A stretch of DNA of 64,000 bases, taken from assembly GCA_052034865.1 (NCBI GenBank), contig JBPOIC010000039.1:5195-69194 (forward strand). The letters run 5' to 3'. The notes beneath the pieces are model-generated. The model searched no databases. It was not told the origin of the DNA and saw only the letters and a list, made by a program, of their open reading frames with translations. The DNA comes from Myxococcota bacterium (GTDB lineage: Bacteria > UBA10199 > JADFYH01). Positions 36,905-47,200 of this stretch are shown here, piece after piece (within the stretch, counting starts at the first letter, position 1; every line of letters begins with the position of its first letter). The translations under genes and the position numbers were made by a program.

Positions 36905-38170
36905 ATGTCTTTCTCCAGGCGTGCTCTGGTTTTTTGTTTTTTCATTCTCTTCTTCATTTTATCCACCCCAGCTGTTTTTGCTTTGAATGGAGGACATTTT
37001 ATTGGAGTCGGAGTGCCAAAGGGTATGGGTGGTGCAGGAATCGCCGCTCCTTCTCAGGATGCGGCCGGAGGCATCCACCTCAATCCCGCCGGAATCTATT
37101 CTTTTATCGGCCCACACTTTGATTTTGGAGGAGCGATGATTTTTCCCTCGGTGCGAGCCCAAGCGAATTTTGGAGCAGGCCCGACTGAGAGCAAAAGCCA
37201 GGACCGCCTGCTCATCACTCCGGAAATTGGCTTTGCGACGCCCCTTTTTGATCGTTTATCTTTTGGACTTTCCTTTTCCACGGTTGCGGGAGCGGACCTT
37301 GACTACCGTAATCGCGATGTCGGACAGGTTTCGGCACTCGGCGGTGCCCTGCCCCTCGGCTTTGCCGATGAAAAAGTCCATCACATGATTTTTGAGCTGG
37401 CCCCGACCGTTGCGTTTCAGCTGATAAGGGATCACCTCACCATTGGAGCTTCCCCCTTGGTCAATTACGGACTTTTGGATTTAGGTTCAGGAATGCACAG
37501 TACGGTGGGCATCGCGGGTCGGGTGGGTGCACGTTACAAAATCAACGATCAATTTGCTGTTGGTGCCACCTATCAAACGCCTTCGCGAATGAAATACAAT
37601 CGTCTCATCGATTTGGATCGCGATGGGAGTTTCGATCAGGTTCGCTTAAACCAGCCCCAGTCCATCGGGGTTGGCGTTGCCTGGACTCCTTTCGAAAAAC
37701 TCCTCGTGGCGGCAGATGGAAAATGGATCAATTGGGGAGGAGCTGGCGGGTTTGAAGATCTGGATTGGAAAAACCAGTGGGTGATCTCAACAGGGGCCCA
37801 GATGGGTTTGACGGAAAATCTCACGGTAAGAGCTGGATACAATTACGGTACGAATCCTTTAAGAAATCATTCGGGCTTTCATGGTGAAGACCCTTATGTA
37901 TTTCAGGGAAAAAGTTTGGCAGGAGGTGCGGGAGGACGACTCAACTATGAAACCCTGCGAGTGATCGGACTTCCAGGAATTTCAAAACACCATGTCACAG
38001 CAGGCGTAAGCTATAAACTGCACCGCAACATCCAGCTCACCGGAAGCTATGAGCACGCCTTCAAACATACCGTCAGCGAAACGGGAACCTTAAACGCTGT
38101 GCCGATCAGCGTGGGTAGCTCCCTTTCGGCAAATGTGGTGACCCTGGGATTGAATTTTGATTTTGAGTAA
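36905..38170 (+). CDS. Outer-membrane transport protein, OMPP1/FadL/TodX family
   Basis: Signal peptide, then GVPKGMGGAGIAAPSQDAAGGIHLNPAGI (family-typical N-terminal hatch motif). Alternating beta-strand pattern to C-terminus. Confidence 0.6.
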   Translation: MSFSRRALVFCFFILFFILSTPAVFALNGGHFIGVGVPKGMGGAGIAAPSQDAAGGIHLNPAGIYSFIGPHFDFGGAMIFPSVRAQANFGAGPTESKSQDRLLITPEIGFATPLFDRLSFGLSFSTVAGADLDYRNRDVGQVSALGGALPLGFADEKVHHMIFELAPTVAFQLIRDHLTIGASPLVNYGLLDLGSGMHSTVGIAGRVGARYKINDQFAVGATYQTPSRMKYNRLIDLDRDGSFDQVRLNQPQSIGVGVAWTPFEKLLVAADGKWINWGGAGGFEDLDWKNQWVISTGAQMGLTENLTVRAGYNYGTNPLRNHSGFHGEDPYVFQGKSLAGGAGGRLNYETLRVIGLPGISKHHVTAGVSYKLHRNIQLTGSYEHAFKHTVSETGTLNAVPISVGSSLSANVVTLGLNFDFE

Positions 38171-38188
38171 GAAGATATTTTTGGGTTT

Positions 38189-38539
38189 CTACAAAATCTC
38201 CAACACCTTCTCTGGCGGCCGACCTAAGGCCGCTTTTTTATGGTGCACAACAATCGGTCTTTCCAAAAGGATGGGATTTTGGATGAAGATTTGAATCCAT
38301 TCCTTGTGCGAAAGATTTTTTCCTTTCAGTCCCAACTCCGTAAAGACTGCTTCTTTGGTACGCACGAGTTCTTCCGGCTTAAGCTTGAGCATATTCAACA
38401 CTTCTTCCAGCTCAGAGGCAGACGGAGGATGCTTCAGATAGTCAATTACTTCTGGTTGAAGTCCTCGATTTAAAAGGAGCTCTAAAGTTTGTCTGGATTT
38501 TGAACAGCGGGGGTTGTGATAAATTTTGAGAGTGCTCAT
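38189..38539 (-). CDS. ArsC/Spx-family protein (glutaredoxin-type arsenate reductase-like, YffB-like)
   Basis: MSTLKIYHNPRCSKSRQTLELL... with the CxxS redox motif. Start at ATG 38537-38539. Confidence 0.65.
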   Translation of the reverse strand: MSTLKIYHNPRCSKSRQTLELLLNRGLQPEVIDYLKHPPSASELEEVLNMLKLKPEELVRTKEAVFTELGLKGKNLSHKEWIQIFIQNPILLERPIVVHHKKAALGRPPEKVLEIL

Positions 38540-38607
38540 AGAAGATTTCTGAAATAGGTTGAGCTGATTTTTCGAATTCACTCAACGGTTGGTTTTTTGA
38601 TCTTACT

Positions 38608-39180
38608 CTACCTTTTTACCTCTCCATGCCGAAAACAACTCACTAAATGATCATTCACCATTCCCACCGCCTGCATGTGGGCATAAAGGATTGTAGACCC
38701 TACGAAATTAAATCCTCTCTTTTTTAAATCCTTGCTAAAGGCATCGGAGATGGACGTTTTGGCGGGAACTTCTTTCAAGCTTTTATACCCATTTTGAATT
38801 GGCTGACCCTCCACAAATTGCCATTGGTAATCACTAAAACTTTTGAACTCCTCCAGGAGCTTTATAAATGCCCTGGCATTTTGAACGGTTGATTCTATTT
38901 TCAGTCGATTGCGCACAATACCGGGATTTTGAAGCAGGGAGTTGATTTTCTTCGCATCGTAGCGTGCAATTTTTTCGACCTCGAAATGATCGAAGGCCTG
39001 ACGGTAATTTTCGCGCTTCTTTAAAATCGTTAACCAGCTCAGCCCTGCCTGCGCACCTTCGAGAATTAAAAATTCAAAAAGCAATCGATCATCATAAATC
39101 GGCACACCCCATTCTTCATCGTGATAGCGGATATAGAGGGGATCCTTGTCTGCCCAGGGACAGCGGGAGGAGGATGTCAT
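38608..39180 (-). CDS. tag: DNA-3-methyladenine glycosylase I
   Basis: RCPWADKDPLYIRYHDEEWGVP and EGAQAGLSWLTIL are Tag hallmarks. Confidence 0.85.
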   Translation of the reverse strand: MTSSSRCPWADKDPLYIRYHDEEWGVPIYDDRLLFEFLILEGAQAGLSWLTILKKRENYRQAFDHFEVEKIARYDAKKINSLLQNPGIVRNRLKIESTVQNARAFIKLLEEFKSFSDYQWQFVEGQPIQNGYKSLKEVPAKTSISDAFSKDLKKRGFNFVGSTILYAHMQAVGMVNDHLVSCFRHGEVKR

Positions 39181-39303
39181 ATTAGTCCTTTAGGGATTTT
39201 TTTGTGCTTGTTGTTAAATAGGGGGGTTATGTTTCCAAAGCTCAATGTTGAAAAGACATGTCACTTGACCCTAACTGAAAAAATTCCTACATGTCAAAAA
39301 TCT

Positions 39304-41286
39304 ATGAACACAAATCCTTCCAAACCCACACGGGACGATGTTTGGCTGATGCGCACCTATTCAGGACACACCACCGCAAAGGCCTCCAATCAACTCTATC
39401 GCCAGAATCTGGCCAAAGGTCAGACAGGACTTTCTGTCGCTTTCGATCTGCCGACGCAGACGGGTTACGATTCAGACCATCCGCTGGCTCAGGCCGAGGT
39501 TGGAAAGGTTGGTGTGCCGATCTGTCATATTGAAGATATGGCGACGCTTTTTGATCAAATCCCTTTAAACCAGATGAACACCTCGATGACGATCAACGCG
39601 ACGGCGCCCTGGCTTTTGGCCTTGTATGTCGCGGTCGCCGAACGTCAGGGTGTGAAATCCCAAGCCCTCCAGGGCACGACTCAAAATGACATTCTTAAAG
39701 AATACCTCTCGCGCGGAACCTATGTCTTTCCCCCCGCGCCTTCTCTACGTCTGATCACCGACATCATTGCGTACACCGTCAAACACATTCCAAAATGGAA
39801 TCCGATCAACGTCTGCCCCTATCATCTTCAGGAAGCAGGAGCGACGCCCGTGCAGGAGCTGGCTTATGGGCTGGCGAATGCGATTTGCGTGCTCGATGCC
39901 GTGAAGGCCGCAGGTCAGGTTTCAGCCGATGATTTCGACAAGGCCGTCGGGCGCATTTCGTTTTTCATGGATTCAAGCATTCGCTTTATCGAAGAAATTT
40001 GCAAGGCACGGGCGTTTAATCAGCTTTGGGAAAAGATTACCCAGGAGCGCTACGGTGTGAAAGACCCGAAACACCGCCGTTTCCGCTATGGAGTTCAGGT
40101 CAATTCGTTAGGACTCACCGAGCGCCAGCCGGAAAATAACGTCCAGCGCATTGTTCTTGAAATGCTTGGTGTGACACTTTCCCGCGATGCCCGCGCGCGT
40201 GCGATCCAGCTTCCCTGCTGGAATGAGGCGTTGGGGCTTCCTCGCCCATGGGATCAGCAATGGTCTTTGCGCATGCAACAGGTGATCGCTTACGAAACCG
40301 ATTTGTTGGAATACGGCGATATTTTTGAAGGCTCCAAAGTCATCGAGACAAAAACAAAAGAATTGGCCGAAGCGGCGGAGGCCGAGCTGAATAAAGTGCT
40401 TGAGATCGGAGGTTCGGTCGAGGCGCTGGCATACATGAAACAGCAGATGGTTGCCTCCAATGCCCAGCGGGTGAAAGCCATTGAGGAAAAATCGATCAGG
40501 GTTGTGGGAGTGAACTGTTTTACCGAAAGCGCAGAATCTCCTCTGACGGCGGATGCCGAAGGAGGCATTTTAAAGATTGATCCCAAAGCGGTGGAAGAAA
40601 AAATCCAGTCGCTCCAGGAATTTCGTCGAAATCGAAATGAGAAAGAAGTCACGGCGGCACTCAAAGCCTTGAAAGAAGCTGCGATGGGATCCTCCAACAT
40701 CATGCCCGCCTCCATTCAGGCCGCCAAGGCCGGTGTGACCACCGGGGAATGGTCGAATGTGTTGCGTGAAGTTTTTGGCGAATACCGTGCTCCCACAGGG
40801 GTGAGCGGCGTAAGTGCGGCTTCTGATACCGAAGCACTGAACCTTGCCTGTGAAAAGGTAAATGCCTTTGAGAAAAAGACAGGAGAGAAATTACGTATTC
40901 TGGTTGGCAAACCCGGACTCGATGGTCATAGCAACGGGGCCGAGCAGATCGCCGTGCGCGCCCGCGATGTCGGGATGGAAGTGATCTATCAAGGGATTCG
41001 TCTCACGCCCCAGCAGATTGTCGAATCCGCCTTACAGGAAGGTGTGCACCTCATCGGACTTTCCATCCTCTCTGGTTCGCATCTTTCCTTGATTTCCGAA
41101 ATCCTGCGTTTAATGAAAGAAAAAGGCATCGGAAAAATCCCGCTGGTCGTGGGAGGCATCATCCCCGAATCCGACCAGAAAACCCTTCTCCAACAAGGTG
41201 TTGCCAGAGTTTATACTCCCAAGGATTTCGAGCTCAATCAGATCATGAGTGAGATGGCCGAGGTCGCCTTGAAAGCAAAATCCTGA
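39304..41286 (+). CDS. Fused acyl-CoA mutase (catalytic + B12-binding domain in one chain; Ecm/MeaA/IcmF-catalytic-like; subtype unresolved)
   Basis: WLMRTYSGHTTAKASNQLYRQNLAKGQTGLSVAFDLPTQTGYDSDHP is a mutase substrate-barrel motif with TYSGH rather than MCM QYAGF. C-terminal DGHSNG is the DxHxxG B12-binding His-loop. Start at ATG 39304. Confidence 0.75.
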   Translation: MNTNPSKPTRDDVWLMRTYSGHTTAKASNQLYRQNLAKGQTGLSVAFDLPTQTGYDSDHPLAQAEVGKVGVPICHIEDMATLFDQIPLNQMNTSMTINATAPWLLALYVAVAERQGVKSQALQGTTQNDILKEYLSRGTYVFPPAPSLRLITDIIAYTVKHIPKWNPINVCPYHLQEAGATPVQELAYGLANAICVLDAVKAAGQVSADDFDKAVGRISFFMDSSIRFIEEICKARAFNQLWEKITQERYGVKDPKHRRFRYGVQVNSLGLTERQPENNVQRIVLEMLGVTLSRDARARAIQLPCWNEALGLPRPWDQQWSLRMQQVIAYETDLLEYGDIFEGSKVIETKTKELAEAAEAELNKVLEIGGSVEALAYMKQQMVASNAQRVKAIEEKSIRVVGVNCFTESAESPLTADAEGGILKIDPKAVEEKIQSLQEFRRNRNEKEVTAALKALKEAAMGSSNIMPASIQAAKAGVTTGEWSNVLREVFGEYRAPTGVSGVSAASDTEALNLACEKVNAFEKKTGEKLRILVGKPGLDGHSNGAEQIAVRARDVGMEVIYQGIRLTPQQIVESALQEGVHLIGLSILSGSHLSLISEILRLMKEKGIGKIPLVVGGIIPESDQKTLLQQGVARVYTPKDFELNQIMSEMAEVALKAKS

Positions 41287-41290
41287 ACCC

Positions 41291-44200
41291 TCATTTTTTC
41301 TCTTCCATTTGCTGCACCAGTTGATCTGCAAGCTCTGAAATCGTTGGTCCTTTTAAAAGAAGGGCAATCGGAAGTTTGGTCTGAAGCCCTTGCTCGATTT
41401 CATTTTTGAGCTCAATGGCCATAAGAGAATCGAGTCCCAAATGATTGAGCGATTGCCCCGGCTTTAAACTTTCGGATGTCGATCCCAAAACACGCGCGAG
41501 TTTTTCAGAAATCACCGAAAGAAGCCATTCCCGGCGCTTTTCAGGCGGTTTCTTCAAATAAATTTCATATAAATCCTGTGGAGCTAAACTCGAAGGCACT
41601 CGATTTTGGGTCGTCTCAGGAGATTCCAGTTTTTTTAGCCAAAGCCTTCGTGATTCGGGCAAATTCTCCTGAAGTTTTTTTTGATCCCACGAAACAACAA
41701 TCGGATTGCGTGTCGAGAATCCCGGTGGATCCAACAAAAGTTTCTCCAAAACTCCAAATCCCTGATCCAATGAAAGAGGGTGAATGCCCCAGGCTTGCAT
41801 CCGTTCCACCGTTTTTTCATGGGTTGCCATTCCGACTTTGGCCCACGGTCCCCACACAATGCTTTGTGAGACAAGACCTTCCCGATTTCGCGCATGCGCC
41901 AGTCCATTCAAAAACGCATTGGCAGCGCTGTAGTTTGACTGTGCGTAAGATCCCATCGTGCCTGAAAGTGATGAAAAAAGAATAAAGTAATCCAGTGGGA
42001 TGGAGCGCGTGGCCTCATGCAGGTAAAAGGCTCCCATCGCCTTGGAAGTAAACACGCTTTGAAAATTTTCTTTAGTTTGATGCAGCAAAACTCCATCTTT
42101 CAGAACTCCTGCGAGATGAAAAATTCCTCGCAAGGGCGGAAGATTTTTTTGAAGGACATCGAGTAACGAATCTACCTCCGATCTTTTTGAAAGATCGGCC
42201 GAATGGACAAGCACGTGCGCACCTTCATTTTTCCAGCGGACCATTTCCTGAAGCTGATGTTCGGTGGGAGATTTTCGACTCACCAGAAAGAGATGACGGG
42301 CGCCTTTTGAAATCATCCATCGGGCAAGCTCAAAGCCCAAACCTCCCAGACCTCCGGTGATCAGATAACTGGCATCCCTTGAAAATGAGAACTCATGGGG
42401 TTTTGCCGCGAATGTTTTCGGGCGTTCGTTGAAAGTGAGAACAATTTTTCCCGTATTTTTACGCTGGGCCATGAAGCGAAAAGCATAAGGCGCGTCGCTG
42501 ATGGGAAAGGTTGTATGAGGGATTGGTTTTAAATGTTGATGTTCAAATTGAGAGATGAGTTCCGTGAAGAGTCGATGGGTAAGATCCTGGCGCTCGCGGA
42601 AAATGCGGTCCAAATCGATTGCAAAATAGGAAAGACTTTTCTGAAACGGTAAAAGCCCCAAGGCATGATTTTGATAGATATCGCTTTTTCCGATTTCCAG
42701 AAATCGTCCAAAAGGAGCAAGGGTTTGCAGGCTTTTGGAAATAAACTCCCCGGGAAGCGAGTTGAGCACAAGATCGACTCCGCGATCTTGAGTGAGAGTG
42801 AGAATCTCTTCGGCAAACTTTGTCGTGCGTGAATCAAAAACATGTTCCACACCCAGCGATTTTAAATACGCGCGTTTTTCATCGCTGCCTGCAGTGGCGA
42901 AGATTTCCAATCCTGTTTGTTGAGCGAGTTGAACGGCGGCCAATCCAACGCCACCGGCACCCGCATGAATGAGAATTTTTTCTTTTTTTCGCATGCGTCC
43001 CAGATCATGCAGGGCATGGGTGGCGGTCAGAAATGCCACTGGAACACTGGCCGCTTCTTCAAAGTTTAAATGTGCAGGTTTTAGCACAACGAGTGGAGCC
43101 GCGGTCGTGACGAAGTTTCCAAAGCTGTAGGGTGCAATTGCGATGACTTCATCGCCGACTTTAAAACCTTTCACGCGTTCGCCCAGACGCACAATTTTTC
43201 CCGAACACTCAGCGCCCAAAGGAACGGTCGTCTCACGCGCGCCGGGGTAAAGGCCTAGCGCTTTCAGGACGTCGCTGAAATTAAGACCCGCCGCTCTGAC
43301 GACAATTTCCACTTCATGATCCCCTGGCGCACGACGCACAACCGGTCGAAATCCCATCCCGTCCAGACTTCCGGACTGAACTATTTCCAGGCGATAGGCA
43401 TCGAAATCCTGAATGGATTTGTTTTGCTGTGGAGTCTTCGCAGGTGTTTCCGATGCAATTTTCAGACGGCACACCCATCGTCTGTTTTCGCGAATTAGAA
43501 ATTCATCTTCGTGCGTCGGCCGCATCAGCGTTTGAGTGAGGAGGGTGATTTCTGAAGAGGTCGGATGAGAAGGCAGATCAATGAGACAGAGAGAGAGTTC
43601 GGGGTGCTCCAGCTGTACGCTTCGAAGCATTCCCCAAAGGGCGGTCGCACTGACACCAGGATTTTCTGGGTCGAACGGATGCGCCTGGGCGCCCTGAGTG
43701 ACCACAGTCAGCTTTGGGTAAGAGGGGAGATCGGCTTGCAGGAGCGTTTTCAAAAAGGCGAGAAAATCGCCACAGATTTTTTCAGCCTCCGATATCCCTT
43801 CGAAAGATAAAGGATCGCAGAGAGAATCCATTTCGATCAAAAGATGCTGGCATTCAGACTGTCCCACATGAAACAGGTTTTTTGCATCAGACTCAGACGA
43901 CTCATTTTGGATCTCATCCTGAAAACTTTTCCAACTCTTCGTTAAGACACTCTGTCCCTTTTCTCGAAGTTCTTTTGCAAGAGGACTCGCTTCGTTGGCT
44001 GTCAGCACCAGCCAGGATTCAATTACCTTTACCTCCATCGGAAGAGGTGTTTCATCGATTTCCCATTCCTGCTCAAAAATCAGATTCTCGTTTGACGATT
44101 GGCTTGCCTTTGAAATCTTTCCCAGCCCCGTCAGATGAAGACCCGAAATTATTCCCAAAGTCTTTCCTTCGACATCAAAAAGAAAAATATCTGCCACGAT

Positions 44201-47200
44201 CTTCTCATCCAAAAAAGTGTCCGACTTTATTTTTGCATAGCTCCAGACCGTACTTCCCAAGTCTTTCTTTAAAAAAATCTCATCGATGCGGACTGGAAGA
44301 TAGAGATTTTCAATCGATGAAGATTCTGGAAGAGCGGCTGCCACCACTTGCAGGCAGGCATCCAGAAGGGCGGGATGAAAAGGAGCACTTTGCTCGGGGC
44401 TCTCTGCTTTTAAATTTTTCGGACTTTCAATAAATCCTAGCGCTTCTCTGTTATTTTTAAATAACTTTTGAATTCCCTGAAAAGACGGTCCGTACTCCAA
44501 TCCTGCCCACTTTAGCTTTTGATAAAAATCCTGCACGCCAACAGACTCACACACCCTTTCGCGAATGAAATGGAGGGATAGAGTTTCATCTTTCGATTCC
44601 GGTTTATTCCTTTCATAAGCGATTTCGGCACACGCCTGAAGGGTTTGGTCTGAATCCTCTTGAGAATAAATTTCAAATTCTGATTTGTAAGAAAGAGAGG
44701 AAGTGGAGCGGAGGATGAGAGTCTTTTGTTTTCCTTCATCCAAAAAGAGCGGTTTTTGAAATGAGATCTTTTTCAAAACGATAGAATCCTGCGCGTTTTG
44801 TTTTTTTCCTGCTTCGTAGAGATACGCGAGAGAAGCGGTTGCTGGAAAAAGGATTTCTTTTTGTACACGGTGATCGAGCAGGTAGGGAAAGGTTTTAAGG
44901 TCGATCCGGTGTTCAAATACCGATTCTGATTTTTTTCGTTGGATCGGCAAAAGTGCACTGGATGGTGCTTTGCCCCATTCTCCAAACCAGTAGGATTCCC
45001 TTGCAAAAGGATAAGTGGGGGCCAGCGGCAAGGGTGGAATCGTTTGTCCAAACACAGCTTTCCAATTGACCCACAGGCCGTGCTGATAAAGCGCCGATAA
45101 GGATTTCAGCATTTGATCGCGATCTTCTCCCTCATTTTTAAGACTTGAAAGCCAAAGCCTGGTGGTTCCTGTTTTCGCGAGCCCTCGTTTGGCCAGCAAG
45201 GTGAGGATGGGTTGCGGTCCGATTTCAATCAAGGCGTCGGCGCCTTCACGGATGAGCGTTTCAATGCCGGTAAAATAGCGGACAGGCTCACGCAAATGTT
45301 TGCGCCAATAAGTTGCGGTGGGTGCTGTTTCGAGAAGGTTTCCGGTCCGATTTGAAATCAGTGGAATCTGAGGTTTATAAAAAGAGATCTCTTTCGCTTT
45401 TTCTTCGAACGCATCAAGGATGGGATCCATCAAGGGAGAGTGAAAGGCATGTGATACATTCAAAGTCTGGGTGGCAATCTCAAGCGTAGTGAATTCATCT
45501 TGAAGTGCTTCAATCGCTTCCCGTTTTCCAGATAAAACAAGGGCTCTGGGTCCGTTGAATGCGGCAATCGAAACCTCGTGGGCGTAAGGTTTCAGCGAGG
45601 ATTCAATTTGCTCTTCAGTTGCAATAACGGCGAGCATGGTCCCATTTTTAGGAAGGCCATGCATGAGTTTTGCACGATGCGCGATGAGCGTAAGACCCTC
45701 TTCCCATTCCATCACCTTTGCGACACACGCGGCAACATACTCGCCCACGCTATGACCCAGGACAAAATCAGGTTCAATTCCCCAGGATTTCCATAGCTCG
45801 TACAAGGCATACTCGAGCGCAAAAAGTGCCGGCTGGGTATAGAGGGTTTCGTGGATGAGAGCGGGATTCATTTTAGAATCAAAAAGAATCGAAAGTAATG
45901 AAGTCTCAAGCACGGGTTTCAAAATTCCGTCGCAACGATCCAGCACTTTTCTAAAACAGGGCTCGGATTCATACAGCGAGCAGCCCATTCCCACATATTG
46001 CGATCCCTGGCCGGTAAATAAAAAAGCAATTCTGGGTTTCTTCTTTTGAGAGACAGAAAAATGAATTGAAGATTCTTTCGAGAAACCCTCTTTGTTTTCT
46101 AAAAACGATAAAACAAAATCGGACAGATTTTTTTTAAGCTCGTCCAGGGAGCATGGCAGAAAAAGCGAACGATGCTCAAAATCCGCTCGTCCTGCACATG
46201 CGGTGAAACAGACCTCCTTCAGGGAAAGATAAGAATTATTTTGAAGATAGGAAATCCAGCGTTCTGCGAGTGTTTTTAATCCCTCCACACTTTTAGCCGA
46301 GAGCTTGAAAGGATAAAGGTCTGCATCCTTAAGTTCGGTTGGAAGGGAATCTTTTTGCCTGGCTTCATTTTCTTTATTTATCCAGATTTCTTCAGGACCT
46401 CCAACAACCACATGGGCATTGGTCCCGCCAAATCCAAAAGAGCTGATCCCTGCAAACCTTTGCCTGTTCTGAAAATTCCATGACATCATTTGAGTGGGAA
46501 TCGAAAGTTTCAAGGCAGTCAGATCAATGTGCGGATTGATTTTTTTAAAGTGGAGGTGCGAAGGAATTTGACGATGTTTCAAAGAAAGTAAAACCTTGAT
46601 GAGCCCGGCAATTCCGGCGGCAGCTTCCAGATGTCCAAAGTTGGTTTTGACCGATCCGACTTTGCAAGGTGAGTCTGAAGGGCGATTTTTTTGAAGCACT
46701 TTTCCCAAGGCGGCCATTTCGATCGGATCACCCAGTGGAGTGCCCGTGCCATGGGCCTCCACGTAATCGATTTTTTCGGATGAAATTTTAGCTCTTTGCA
46801 AGGCCTGTAGAATCACATCCTGCTGGGCCTGCCCGTTCGGTGCGGTGAGTCCGTTGCTGCGCCCATCCTGATTGACAGCCGATCCACGAATGATTCCCAA
46901 AATTTCATCTTTATCTCGCACGGCCTCTGCAAGACGCTTGAGAATCACCACTCCACAGCCTTCGCCACGCACATAACCATCCGCTTTCTCATCAAAAGTT
47001 TTGCAGCGCCCTTCAGGGGACATCATCCGTGCCTGTGAAAAGGCGATGTTAAGCTCCGGTCTTAAGATCAGATTGACGCCTCCCGCGAGGGCCAGGTTGG
47101 ATTCCATTCTTCTCAAACTCTCACAGGCCATATGCACGGCGACAAGGGATGAGGAACAGGCCGTGTCGACGGCAAGACTGGGTCCCTGAAAATCAAAAAA

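Noticed and set aside
38214-38239. GC hairpin ggcggcc...ggccgc plus T-tract that looks like a bidirectional terminator between OMPP1 and arsC-family genes
   Set aside because: It lies inside the C-terminal coding region of the ArsC-family gene (encodes KKAALGRPPE), so it cannot be called an intergenic terminator; may still pause transcription.
39121-39303. Upstream extension of the mutase ORF (MIADIEGILVCPG...)
   Set aside because: Overlaps the divergent tag gene start and lacks mutase similarity; conserved mutase sequence begins after ATG 39304.
40290-40910. Antisense ORFs inside mutase gene
   Set aside because: Spurious shadow ORFs.
43714-44433. 239-aa plus-strand ORF and other short ORFs inside the PKS gene
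   Set aside because: Opposite strand of an uninterrupted 2883-codon gene with all catalytic motifs; spurious.
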